Positions 29,574 through 37,786 of a stretch of 64,000 nt of DNA are shown here, piece after piece (within the stretch, counting starts at the first letter, position 1; each line of letters starts with the position of its first letter). Source of the DNA: Bacteroidales bacterium (GTDB taxonomy: Bacteria > Bacteroidota > Bacteroidia > Bacteroidales > Marinilabiliaceae); NCBI GenBank assembly GCA_024401365.1, contig JAKSLE010000009.1, positions 61,818 through 125,817 of the forward strand, read 5' to 3'. The notes beneath the pieces are model-generated. The model saw nothing but the letters and a program-made list of their open reading frames with translations, did no database searches and was not told the origin of the DNA. Made by a program: the position numbers and the translations under genes.

Positions 29574-30290
29574 ATGGACAAATTTCAGAATACATATAGA
29601 ATACCATCAGCGCGTGCCGATTGGCATGGGTATGGTAAAGGCGTGTATTTCGTAACGATATGTACGCAGAATAGAGAACATTATTTTGGGGAAATTATGA
29701 GAGAATGTTATGGTGATGGTGTGAGATATAGGGGGATGCAAACGAAAATGACGGAACCGCAAATGCATTTGTCAGAAATCGGGCAATATGCCCAAGAACA
29801 ATTTATGAATGTTGAAGTACACTATCCGTATGCCAGAATACCATTGTTTGTTGTGATGCCAAATCATGTTCATGCGATTGTGATAATTGATGGAGATAAA
29901 TCCATTGAAAATGATATTCAAGAGTCGAATGGGCGTGCGAATGGAGACGGTGCGAGGCGTGGCGGTGTTGTGGGGTATGGAGACGTTGTGGGGTATGGAG
30001 ACGTTGTGGGGTATGGAGACGTTGCGCGCAACGTCTCTACAGTGAGGGATTGTCCATCGAAAAATTTGACAATGGCGGATATATCGCCTCAGAAAAAATC
30101 GTTGGCGGTGGTAATACGAGGTATAAAATCATCTATTACCAAATTTGCCAACCAAAACGATATACAATTTGCGTGGCAGTCGCGTTTTCATGACCGTATA
30201 GTGCGTGGTCGCTATGAATTGGAATGCATAGCGGACTATATAGAAAGCAACGTTGCCAATTGGCAAAACGATGATTTAAACAAATTGTAA
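29574..30290 (+). CDS. RAYT-like / IS200-family HUH (Y1) transposase
   Basis: HUH motif MPNHVHAIV and C-terminal catalytic-Tyr region RFHDRIVR...ADYIESNVANW. Confidence 0.7.
   Translation: MDKFQNTYRIPSARADWHGYGKGVYFVTICTQNREHYFGEIMRECYGDGVRYRGMQTKMTEPQMHLSEIGQYAQEQFMNVEVHYPYARIPLFVVMPNHVHAIVIIDGDKSIENDIQESNGRANGDGARRGGVVGYGDVVGYGDVVGYGDVARNVSTVRDCPSKNLTMADISPQKKSLAVVIRGIKSSITKFANQNDIQFAWQSRFHDRIVRGRYELECIADYIESNVANWQNDDLNKL
29967..30020 (+). repeat. Perfect 18-bp x3 tandem repeat inside the RAYT ORF
   Basis: GTTGTGGGGTATGGAGAC at 29967, 29985 and 30003; encodes (VVGYGD)x3. Confidence 0.9.
30016..30037. repeat. Perfect 22-bp palindrome GAGACGTTGCGCGCAACGTCTC
   Basis: Reverse complement verified by hand. 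Overlaps the last tandem unit. Confidence 0.9.
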
Positions 30291-30419
30291 ATTACTTATT
30301 AGATGGAGGTGATAAATGCGGACTGCTTTGGGGTATTGGAGAGGGGCTAGATATTATAGATGGGCTAGATGGTATTTTGGGGATGAAGGTTTATGGTGGG
30401 GTTAGTACGGAGCTAAGAG

Positions 30420-30508
30420 TTTTATGTGCCAGTTTGTATCTAATTTTGGGTACTTTTATGTGCCAATTTGTATCTAGTTTCTATTGATTTTATGTGCCAG
30501 TTTGTATA
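30420..30508 (+). repeat. Three direct repeats TTTTATGTGCCA(G/A)TTTGTAT(C)TA at an exact 34-bp period (iteron/operator-like)
   Basis: Copies start at 30420, 30454 and 30488. Confidence 0.85.
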
Positions 30509-30727
30509 GTATAAGAAAAACATATGTGGTGCGAAGATAGGGTTCGGAGAATGATTATATCTTTGTGATGTAAATATAAATATCGACACTTATGGTATAT
30601 CAATATTTTTATTGTCAAATGAATAAAATAGCCTTGAAGTGGAATGAAAAATTGAGTTAAATTGAAGAGATAATCAGTTTTCGGAGAGATTGTCTAATAA
30701 AAAAGGTATTATGTCGTTTATTCGTGT

Positions 30728-30735
30728 TACATTTG
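30728..30735 (+). promoter_or_regulatory. Candidate -7 box TACATTTG for the ssp-like operon, embedded in overlapping palindromes
   Basis: Matches TAnnTTTG, about 40 nt upstream of the first ORF. GTTACATTTGTAAC and ATTTGTAACAAAT palindromes lie at 30726-30743. Confidence 0.35.
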
Positions 30736-30777
30736 TAACAAATACAATATACATAACGAGTATATGCGTAATTGTTT

Positions 30778-31635
30778 ATGATACAGATAAATAGTACTAA
30801 ATATACATTCTCTGGACACGAGACTTTTCAGTGTAAGGGGCTATGGTTGAAGAAGGGATTTGATTTTGTAAAAGCCGAGAAATCTTTCAATGATGAATCT
30901 GCTGTTATTGAGTTAGGTGTGGGAAAGAATATGGTGTCCTCCATACGCTACTGGATGAAAGCGTTCTATATACTAGACTATGAGGGCAATATTACAGATA
31001 ATGGTGAATTTGTTTTTGGAGAAAAAGGGGTAGATCCTTTCCTGGAAGATGTAAACACACTGTGGTTATTGCATTATTGGCTAGTTTCTACTAGATATGC
31101 GACACTTTATTATGAGTTGTTCGCTAAGTATCACAAAGACAAACTAAACTTTACCAAGGAGAATGTCTTCAATTATATCAAACGCGAGTCGGATGATAAA
31201 AAGTTTAAGGGATTTTTGTTTAACGAAAACACTGTAAATAAAGATATAGCTACTCTATTGAAGATGTATGTAACTCCTGAAGGGAAAAATGTTGATGATT
31301 ACTCGGCACTTTTATTAGGGCTTAATCTCATAAAGAAAATTGAAAAGGATAAGTATGAGTTTAATACAAAGACAAGAGCAGATATTCATCCGCTAATTTT
31401 TTTGTACGCTATTATTGATGTTGCAGATGGAAGTCATGTGGTAGAGTACGACAGATTACTGTTTTTGTCTAGGGTTTTCTGTTTGACACAGTCAGAAATG
31501 ATTGATTTTTTTCAGAAGATTCATATGATATACCCTAATGTCAGCTATGATAATGCAGCTGGAGAGCAACTGTTTACTATTAACGAGGATTTGACTAAGT
31601 CTCAAGTCCTAGAGAAATATTACAGTCAGAAATAA
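30778..31635 (+). CDS. sspB: DUF4007-family protein, SspB-like (phosphorothioation nickase component)
   Basis: FSGHETFQCKGLWLKKGFDF N-terminal signature, about 285 aa, positioned before the ATPase and PAPS-reductase genes. The TTG at 30772 is an alternative start. Confidence 0.7.
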   Translation: MIQINSTKYTFSGHETFQCKGLWLKKGFDFVKAEKSFNDESAVIELGVGKNMVSSIRYWMKAFYILDYEGNITDNGEFVFGEKGVDPFLEDVNTLWLLHYWLVSTRYATLYYELFAKYHKDKLNFTKENVFNYIKRESDDKKFKGFLFNENTVNKDIATLLKMYVTPEGKNVDDYSALLLGLNLIKKIEKDKYEFNTKTRADIHPLIFLYAIIDVADGSHVVEYDRLLFLSRVFCLTQSEMIDFFQKIHMIYPNVSYDNAAGEQLFTINEDLTKSQVLEKYYSQK

Positions 31636-31640
31636 GTATT

Positions 31641-34600
31641 ATGAAGAAGTTTTCTACTTCCGTAAATATAGAACGAGATCAAAACAAGTCGCTTGATTAC
31701 ATTGTTACAGCCAATGCAAAACAGGCGATTGGGAAGATAGTCAATTCGTTCCAGGCAGGTATCCACTCATTCTGTCTTATTGGCTCTTATGGTACTGGTA
31801 AGTCTAGTTTCATAATAGCTCTTGAACAATGTTTGTCTGAGAAGAAGAGTAAGTCAAAGCAACTTATCAAGAATGAAGGTCAATTCAATGGGTTGACAGA
31901 TTTTGAATTTCTCAATATCGTAGGAGATTATTCTACGCTAGGGTCTTTACTGCAGGATAAACTTGATATTTCGTCTGAGAAGAATATTTTTTCAGCTTTA
32001 TCAAAGTTCTATGAGAAACTAGAAACGGCGAAAAAGTGCTTGGTAATTGTTGTTGATGAGTTCGGAAAAGTTTTGGAACATGCAGCTAAGAATGAGCCAG
32101 AAAAAGAAATGTACTTTTTACAGAAGTTCTGCGAGTTCGTGAACGATACGTCCAAGAATATACTCTTTATATCTACTCTACACCAAAGTTTCAATGCTTA
32201 TGCTAAAGATTTACAGCTAGAGCAAAAACAAGAATGGACAAAAGTCAAAGGTCGTATTCAAGATATAGTATTCAAGGAACCTGTTGAGCAATTGCTCAAT
32301 TTAGCGGCTAGCAAAATATCTGGGCAAAGTGACACCTGTATAAATACAGCAGAGAGCCTGTATGACCTTGCTCTATCAAAAAAGTTCGTATCACCTTCGT
32401 TGGATAAAAAGGTAGTAGCTTCATTGTATCCTATGGATGTATTGGCAGCTACGATACTAACTCTAGCCAACCAAAGATACGGACAGAATGAGCGAACTCT
32501 TTTCACTTTTCTAGAATCACAGGGAGAAGATTCGTTAAGTGATTTTATTGTTAATGGGAATAGACTATATAATATTGCAATAGTCCACGACTATATTACA
32601 TACAATTTCCACACTGTACTGAGCGAGGCTAATCAAGACTCTGCTAATTGGACAGCGATTCGTGTAGCTATTGAGCGAGTTGAAGGATTGAACTTACCTA
32701 CAGAGACTATCAACGTGGCAATAGCGTTAGTAAAGGTTATAGGACTTCTCAATATATTCGCAACCTCTTCTGCTAGTATTGATAATCAATTGCTGGACAC
32801 CTATGGTAAACTAGCGATGGATATTGACAATGTTAAGGAAGTGTTGAGACAGTTAGAGCAGTTCAAGATTGTAAGATTTGCGAAATATAAGAATAGATAT
32901 ATTCTCTTTGAAGGGACGGATATCAACATAGAGGAAGGTCTGTACAAAGCTTCTGTTGAATGTAAAAGGACTGAAGATATTGTCGACAAACTTAAGTCAA
33001 ACTTTAGCTTCAAACTTTCTTTAGCGAATGCTCATTACTACGAGACCGGAACTGCTCGTTTCTTCGAGTATAGCATATCCAGCACTCCTATTATAAAAAT
33101 AAACGTGGGAGAAATTGATGGATGTGTGAATCTTTTGTTCGCTCCCAAAGATGACTATGAAGCGGTCAAGACGCAATGTTTATCGCAGCACGATATCCCG
33201 GTTATATACTGCTTATTCAGGAATGTAGCTAAAGTTAGTGACCACATATTTGAGATGGATAAACTTGAATATGTACGAGACTATTATATAGCAGATGAGC
33301 ACGACAAAGTAGCAATGAGGGAGATTGAAAATCTTCTGAATTACGAGAAGACGCTGCTCAATAGAGAGGTGTATGATAGCCTATACACAAACAATGTAGA
33401 GTGGATTTTTAATGGGTTGATTATTGAAGGGATTAGTAGCGCTAAGTACTTTACTAAGTTTTTGTCAAAAGTTTGCAGTACAGTATATAGCAAGACTCCA
33501 ATATTCAAAAATGAGCTCATAAATAAGCATAAGCCGAGTGGTACAATTTCCTTCGCTAGACAGAACTATTTGCAAGCATTGCTGGATAATAGCGAAAAGG
33601 AAGACTTAGGGTTCGATAAGGATAAATTTCCTCCAGAGAAAGCAATATATCATACTCTTTTGAAGAACACAGGTATACATGCTATTGATGGTGCTTTATA
33701 TTCTCTCAATCCACCTACTGAGTCTTCTTTTAAGATTCTCTGGGATGCGTGTGAAGACTTTTTGATTTCGGCGAAAACAAGACAACGGAAAGTTGGAGAG
33801 TTGTATAAGATTCTCTCTGAACCTCCATATGGACTTAAACAGGGCTTGATAGATTGCTGGGTGCCATCATTCTTAGTTATTAGAAAGGATGATTTTGCAC
33901 TATATACTGGCAATCAATATGTACCTCAAATAAACAAAGAGGTTCTTGATTTATTGTTCAAGAACCCAAATGCCTTCTCCATCAAAACATTTGATGTGAC
34001 AGGTGTTAAGCAAAAGTTCTTTGACAAATATAGAGAAGCCATAAATCTCAAAGAAACGAGTTTGAATACAGATTCGTTTATTGAGACCATCAAACCTTTC
34101 TTGACTTTCTATCGTCAATTAAATGACTATGCAAAGACAACTAAGGATATTACTCCAAATGCAATTAAATTCCGTGACATAATATCAAAGGCAACTGACC
34201 CAGAAGAGACATTTTTTGAGACTCTTCCTGAGCAGCTAGGATTCAAGGAGGTTGTAATATCGCAGAATCCAGATGCTATAGATAGTTTCGTGTCAGTTTT
34301 GCACGATGCAATTAGAGATATCAGAAGTTGTTATGGAGAGTATTTGAAATATGTTGAGAAGAGTCTTCTTGAAATCCTTAGTATAGATTCTACAGACTAT
34401 GCAGAATACAAGCCTATCATTGACAAAAGATACAAGGCTGTTAAATCTGAGTATATGCCAGATGATATCAAGAATTTTTATTCTCGTCTTACAAGCAAAT
34501 TTGCGGATAAGAAAACTTGGCTGGAGTCGGTCTGCTTTGCCATATTAAAGAAGCCACTTGAAAAAATTAAGGATTCTGAAAAGGCTTACTTGCGCACAGC

Positions 34601-34847
34601 TATACAAGATAAGTTATATCAATTAGATGACTATGTAGAAATGCATAAGTCCTCTGAAGAAGAAATTGTGCGCTTGCATATTACACAGAACAATGCACAG
34701 CCGAAGACGAAACAAGTAGTCATTCCAAAGGCAAAACAGAAAGATGTAGAAAAACTAGCGAATAATATAGAAGAGTTATTGTCTAGTGATTCTTCTGTGA
34801 ATATAGCTGCTCTAATTAGATTGATAAATAAGTTTGATGGCAAATAA
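31641..34847 (+). CDS. sspC: Large P-loop ATPase, SspC-like
   Basis: Walker A GSYGTGKSS and Walker B LVIVVDEFGK; 1068 aa; operon position. Confidence 0.6.
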   Translation: MKKFSTSVNIERDQNKSLDYIVTANAKQAIGKIVNSFQAGIHSFCLIGSYGTGKSSFIIALEQCLSEKKSKSKQLIKNEGQFNGLTDFEFLNIVGDYSTLGSLLQDKLDISSEKNIFSALSKFYEKLETAKKCLVIVVDEFGKVLEHAAKNEPEKEMYFLQKFCEFVNDTSKNILFISTLHQSFNAYAKDLQLEQKQEWTKVKGRIQDIVFKEPVEQLLNLAASKISGQSDTCINTAESLYDLALSKKFVSPSLDKKVVASLYPMDVLAATILTLANQRYGQNERTLFTFLESQGEDSLSDFIVNGNRLYNIAIVHDYITYNFHTVLSEANQDSANWTAIRVAIERVEGLNLPTETINVAIALVKVIGLLNIFATSSASIDNQLLDTYGKLAMDIDNVKEVLRQLEQFKIVRFAKYKNRYILFEGTDINIEEGLYKASVECKRTEDIVDKLKSNFSFKLSLANAHYYETGTARFFEYSISSTPIIKINVGEIDGCVNLLFAPKDDYEAVKTQCLSQHDIPVIYCLFRNVAKVSDHIFEMDKLEYVRDYYIADEHDKVAMREIENLLNYEKTLLNREVYDSLYTNNVEWIFNGLIIEGISSAKYFTKFLSKVCSTVYSKTPIFKNELINKHKPSGTISFARQNYLQALLDNSEKEDLGFDKDKFPPEKAIYHTLLKNTGIHAIDGALYSLNPPTESSFKILWDACEDFLISAKTRQRKVGELYKILSEPPYGLKQGLIDCWVPSFLVIRKDDFALYTGNQYVPQINKEVLDLLFKNPNAFSIKTFDVTGVKQKFFDKYREAINLKETSLNTDSFIETIKPFLTFYRQLNDYAKTTKDITPNAIKFRDIISKATDPEETFFETLPEQLGFKEVVISQNPDAIDSFVSVLHDAIRDIRSCYGEYLKYVEKSLLEILSIDSTDYAEYKPIIDKRYKAVKSEYMPDDIKNFYSRLTSKFADKKTWLESVCFAILKKPLEKIKDSEKAYLRTAIQDKLYQLDDYVEMHKSSEEEIVRLHITQNNAQPKTKQVVIPKAKQKDVEKLANNIEELLSSDSSVNIAALIRLINKFDGK

Positions 34848-35946
34848 GATAAGACATTTACTAGGTATCTCAGGAGGCAAGGACAGCGCTGCCCTTGCTA
34901 TCTATCTCAAGGATAAATATCCAGACCTTGGGATAGAGTTCTATACTTGTGATACTAAATGCGAGTTGGCAGAAACAGAACAGCTTGTCAATAACCTGCG
35001 CTCTTATCTAGGCAACATAAAGACATTGTGCGCTGCACAAGGAAGTCCAGAGCCTACACCGTTTGACCATTTTTTGAAGATATATGGTGGTTACCTCCCC
35101 TCAGTACAATCTCGTTGGTGTACTAACAAGATGAAGTTATCAGAGTTTGAGAAATACGTAGGTGATGAACCTGTCATTTCATACGTAGGCATTAGAGGTG
35201 ATGAGGATAGAGAGGGATATGTATCGACAAAGCCTAATATACAGTCAATATTTCCTTTCAGAAAGAACATCTGGAGTATTGACGTGGTAAATGAAGTTCT
35301 CAAAGATGCTAGTATAGAAAAGTTCACAGAGTGCTATAGAGAAGTAGCTTCAGATGAGGATTTTGCAGAAGCAGAGAAGTTTTTGCAGGCAAAGCTTACA
35401 AAAACATTCTTCTATACCAAGAAGTTGAATTCTCTCCTTGATGTCAATGTAAAGACATTCAATCATGCGGTGTTCTCATATCTCAAGAAGTATACACAAC
35501 TACCTGTGAGCAAACTTGATGAATTTCCATTAGTAGATAATGATGAAATATTAGTCAAAGCAGATATTTTCCGAATTCTAGAAGAGTCCGGTGTAGGTGT
35601 TCCTGCGTACTATAATCTTATTGACTTTGAGGTAGATGGCAAAAAGGGGCAGTACTGTCGCAGCCGCTCTGGTTGCTATTTCTGCTTCTTTCAACAAAAG
35701 ATAGAGTGGATATGGCTATATGAGCAACATCCTGATCTCTTTGCTAAGGCAATGGAGTATGAGAAGGATGGCTATACATGGATAGAAAGTGAGCGTTTGG
35801 AAGACTTAATTCAACCAGAACGCATTCGCCAGATAAAGCTAGACCAAATTAAGAAAGCTGAAGATGCCGCAAAGAAGTCAAAGAGCACCTTGCTCATTGA
35901 TATGTTTGAGGATGATGATATTAACTGTGCTAATTGTTTTATATAA
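34837..35946 (+). CDS. sspD: PAPS-reductase/PP-loop ATP pyrophosphatase, SspD/DndC-like
   Basis: PP-loop LGISGGKDSAA and C-terminal Cys clusters CRSRSGCYFC and CANC. Overlaps the upstream gene by 11 nt. Confidence 0.75.
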   Translation: MANKIRHLLGISGGKDSAALAIYLKDKYPDLGIEFYTCDTKCELAETEQLVNNLRSYLGNIKTLCAAQGSPEPTPFDHFLKIYGGYLPSVQSRWCTNKMKLSEFEKYVGDEPVISYVGIRGDEDREGYVSTKPNIQSIFPFRKNIWSIDVVNEVLKDASIEKFTECYREVASDEDFAEAEKFLQAKLTKTFFYTKKLNSLLDVNVKTFNHAVFSYLKKYTQLPVSKLDEFPLVDNDEILVKADIFRILEESGVGVPAYYNLIDFEVDGKKGQYCRSRSGCYFCFFQQKIEWIWLYEQHPDLFAKAMEYEKDGYTWIESERLEDLIQPERIRQIKLDQIKKAEDAAKKSKSTLLIDMFEDDDINCANCFI

Positions 35947-36509
35947 TGACGGTACCTGCATTTCTTCAGTATGAGGCAGATAAGGACTATATAGTTCAAT
36001 TTTATCTTCCTTCTGGAAATTATAGGTTGCAAGATGGGACGTCGTATGTTTCCTATAATATACATAGCCCTATTTTAGAGGAAAGGCATTGGTCAAAGGA
36101 AATAAAATATATGAACCCGGAAAATACAGAAGTATCAAATGAAATTAAGCAGATTCCTAATAAATCTGGCGGGTTGTATGTTTTTTATCTCAAAGGCTCT
36201 GGCCTCCCTTTTATGGAAAGATATATTTTGTATATAGGTAGGGTGCAATATACAAAAGGTATGAACATTAGGAAGAGGGCTTTGGAATATTACAAAGAGT
36301 ATAAGAAAAATAAAAATTCTAGATTGGGAATAAGGTATATGTTTGAGCACTGGAGTAAGCATTTGTATTATAGATATTATACAGATGTTGACAATCCTAG
36401 TATTGTCGCTTTAGAAGAGTCATTAATAAAAACATTATTGCCTCCATTTAATACAGATATACCAAATAAACAGAAACCTAAAACAAATGTAGCGGCTTTT
36501 AAACTATGA
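35946..36509 (+). CDS. Small GIY-YIG-like putative nuclease
   Basis: GLYVFY...(17 aa)...YIGR...RKRALEYY...LEESLIKTLLPPFN gives the ordered GIY / YIG / R / E / N pattern. The start ATG shares one nt with the sspD stop (TAATG). Confidence 0.45.
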   Translation: MTVPAFLQYEADKDYIVQFYLPSGNYRLQDGTSYVSYNIHSPILEERHWSKEIKYMNPENTEVSNEIKQIPNKSGGLYVFYLKGSGLPFMERYILYIGRVQYTKGMNIRKRALEYYKEYKKNKNSRLGIRYMFEHWSKHLYYRYYTDVDNPSIVALEESLIKTLLPPFNTDIPNKQKPKTNVAAFKL

Positions 36510-37783
36510 CTAATAAATCCTTTATAGTTCCTGCAATGAAGGGGACTGTCGGAAATAATACATATTATGTTACAAATCTTACTTTTGAACAAATAAGTTC
36601 TCATGTTGGAAATGTAAATAAAGAGGTGTTTTCTCACGAGTCATTAAATGACCTTCTACAACGGTCGTTAACTAACAACTATTTAAGAATTAGAGATTAT
36701 ATACTTAACCAAGAAGAGCATTTTTTTAATGGGATAGTATTGGCCGTATATAATGATTATCCCCAATGGACAGAAATAGATCTTGAGATACACGGTAATG
36801 AATACCACAATGTTGGTTTATTGACGTTCGCGGGGGATGAAATAATATTCCCAGTGGATGGGCAACATAGGGTAAAAGGAATAAAGGCAGCTTTGGAGAA
36901 GAATCCTGATTTAAGTTCTGAAACCATAAGTGTGTTATTCATTGGGCACATTAATACAGTGGAAGGTAAAAAACGGACAAGGCGAATATTCTCTACGCTA
37001 AACCGATATGCTAAACCTGTTCAAAAAGGAGACATTATATGCTTAGATGAAGATGATGTAGTCGCAATAGCAACCCGTGAATTACTGGAGTCATACGAAT
37101 TGTTTTCAGGGTCGAAGATGAAAGCTAGTAATAGCAAATCTTTGCAGAAAAATGATTTTTCGTCATTTACTTCCTTAATTACTCTCTATGAAGTACATTT
37201 TGAACTTTTTAAAAGTTTCTTTTATCAAAAAAAAGGCAAACCTGTCAATGCGAGTTTTGTGAAAAAATACTTGAAACAAAGACCGGATGATGACATTACA
37301 AATGATTTCATTAATTATTTAAAAGTATTTTGGTCATACATGGTACAAGTATTTAGCTGCTTGAGTTTATATGAAATAGATACTAATGAAGATGCAGCAA
37401 AACCATATAGATCAAATACTACTGGTGGAAATTTATTGTTTAGACCGGCTGGATTATTGTCATTTGCAAAAGCAATTGTGAGAGTGCTGACGTGTAGTTC
37501 AAATAAATTGTCCTTGCAATGTTTGCTAGAAAAGGCTAATTCTATTCCTTTGGATCTGTCGCAACGTCCCTGGGTTAATATATTATGGAATCCTATAAAG
37601 TGTAGTATGATTACGACTAATAACAAGTTGGTAGAATCATTGTTCATATGGTTCTTAGCCTCCCCCGTTTTGTCTAAAAAAGAAATTGAAACGATGATAA
37701 AGGATTATGCTACTGTTTTTTCAATAAGGATTGAAGATGCTAAAACTCAAATAGAAGAATTTGCTAACCAAAATAGAGAATAA
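36506..37783 (+). CDS. DGQHR-domain protein (DndB-like)
   Basis: FPVDGQHRVKGI and FSTLNRYAKPV motifs. ATGA start/stop overlap with the upstream gene. Confidence 0.7.
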   Translation: MTNKSFIVPAMKGTVGNNTYYVTNLTFEQISSHVGNVNKEVFSHESLNDLLQRSLTNNYLRIRDYILNQEEHFFNGIVLAVYNDYPQWTEIDLEIHGNEYHNVGLLTFAGDEIIFPVDGQHRVKGIKAALEKNPDLSSETISVLFIGHINTVEGKKRTRRIFSTLNRYAKPVQKGDIICLDEDDVVAIATRELLESYELFSGSKMKASNSKSLQKNDFSSFTSLITLYEVHFELFKSFFYQKKGKPVNASFVKKYLKQRPDDDITNDFINYLKVFWSYMVQVFSCLSLYEIDTNEDAAKPYRSNTTGGNLLFRPAGLLSFAKAIVRVLTCSSNKLSLQCLLEKANSIPLDLSQRPWVNILWNPIKCSMITTNNKLVESLFIWFLASPVLSKKEIETMIKDYATVFSIRIEDAKTQIEEFANQNRE

Positions 37784-37786
37784 ATT

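Noticed and set aside
29116-29607. 163-aa His-rich minus-strand ORF
   Set aside because: It is antisense to the WYL regulator gene. The His/Leu-rich sequence is explained by the complement of Met/Val/Glu-rich coding DNA.
30420-30508. Possible mini-CRISPR array
   Set aside because: There are only three repeats of 21-23 nt, separated by 11-13 nt spacers, with no cas genes. The spacing is far too short for CRISPR, so I interpret it as iteron/operator-like instead.
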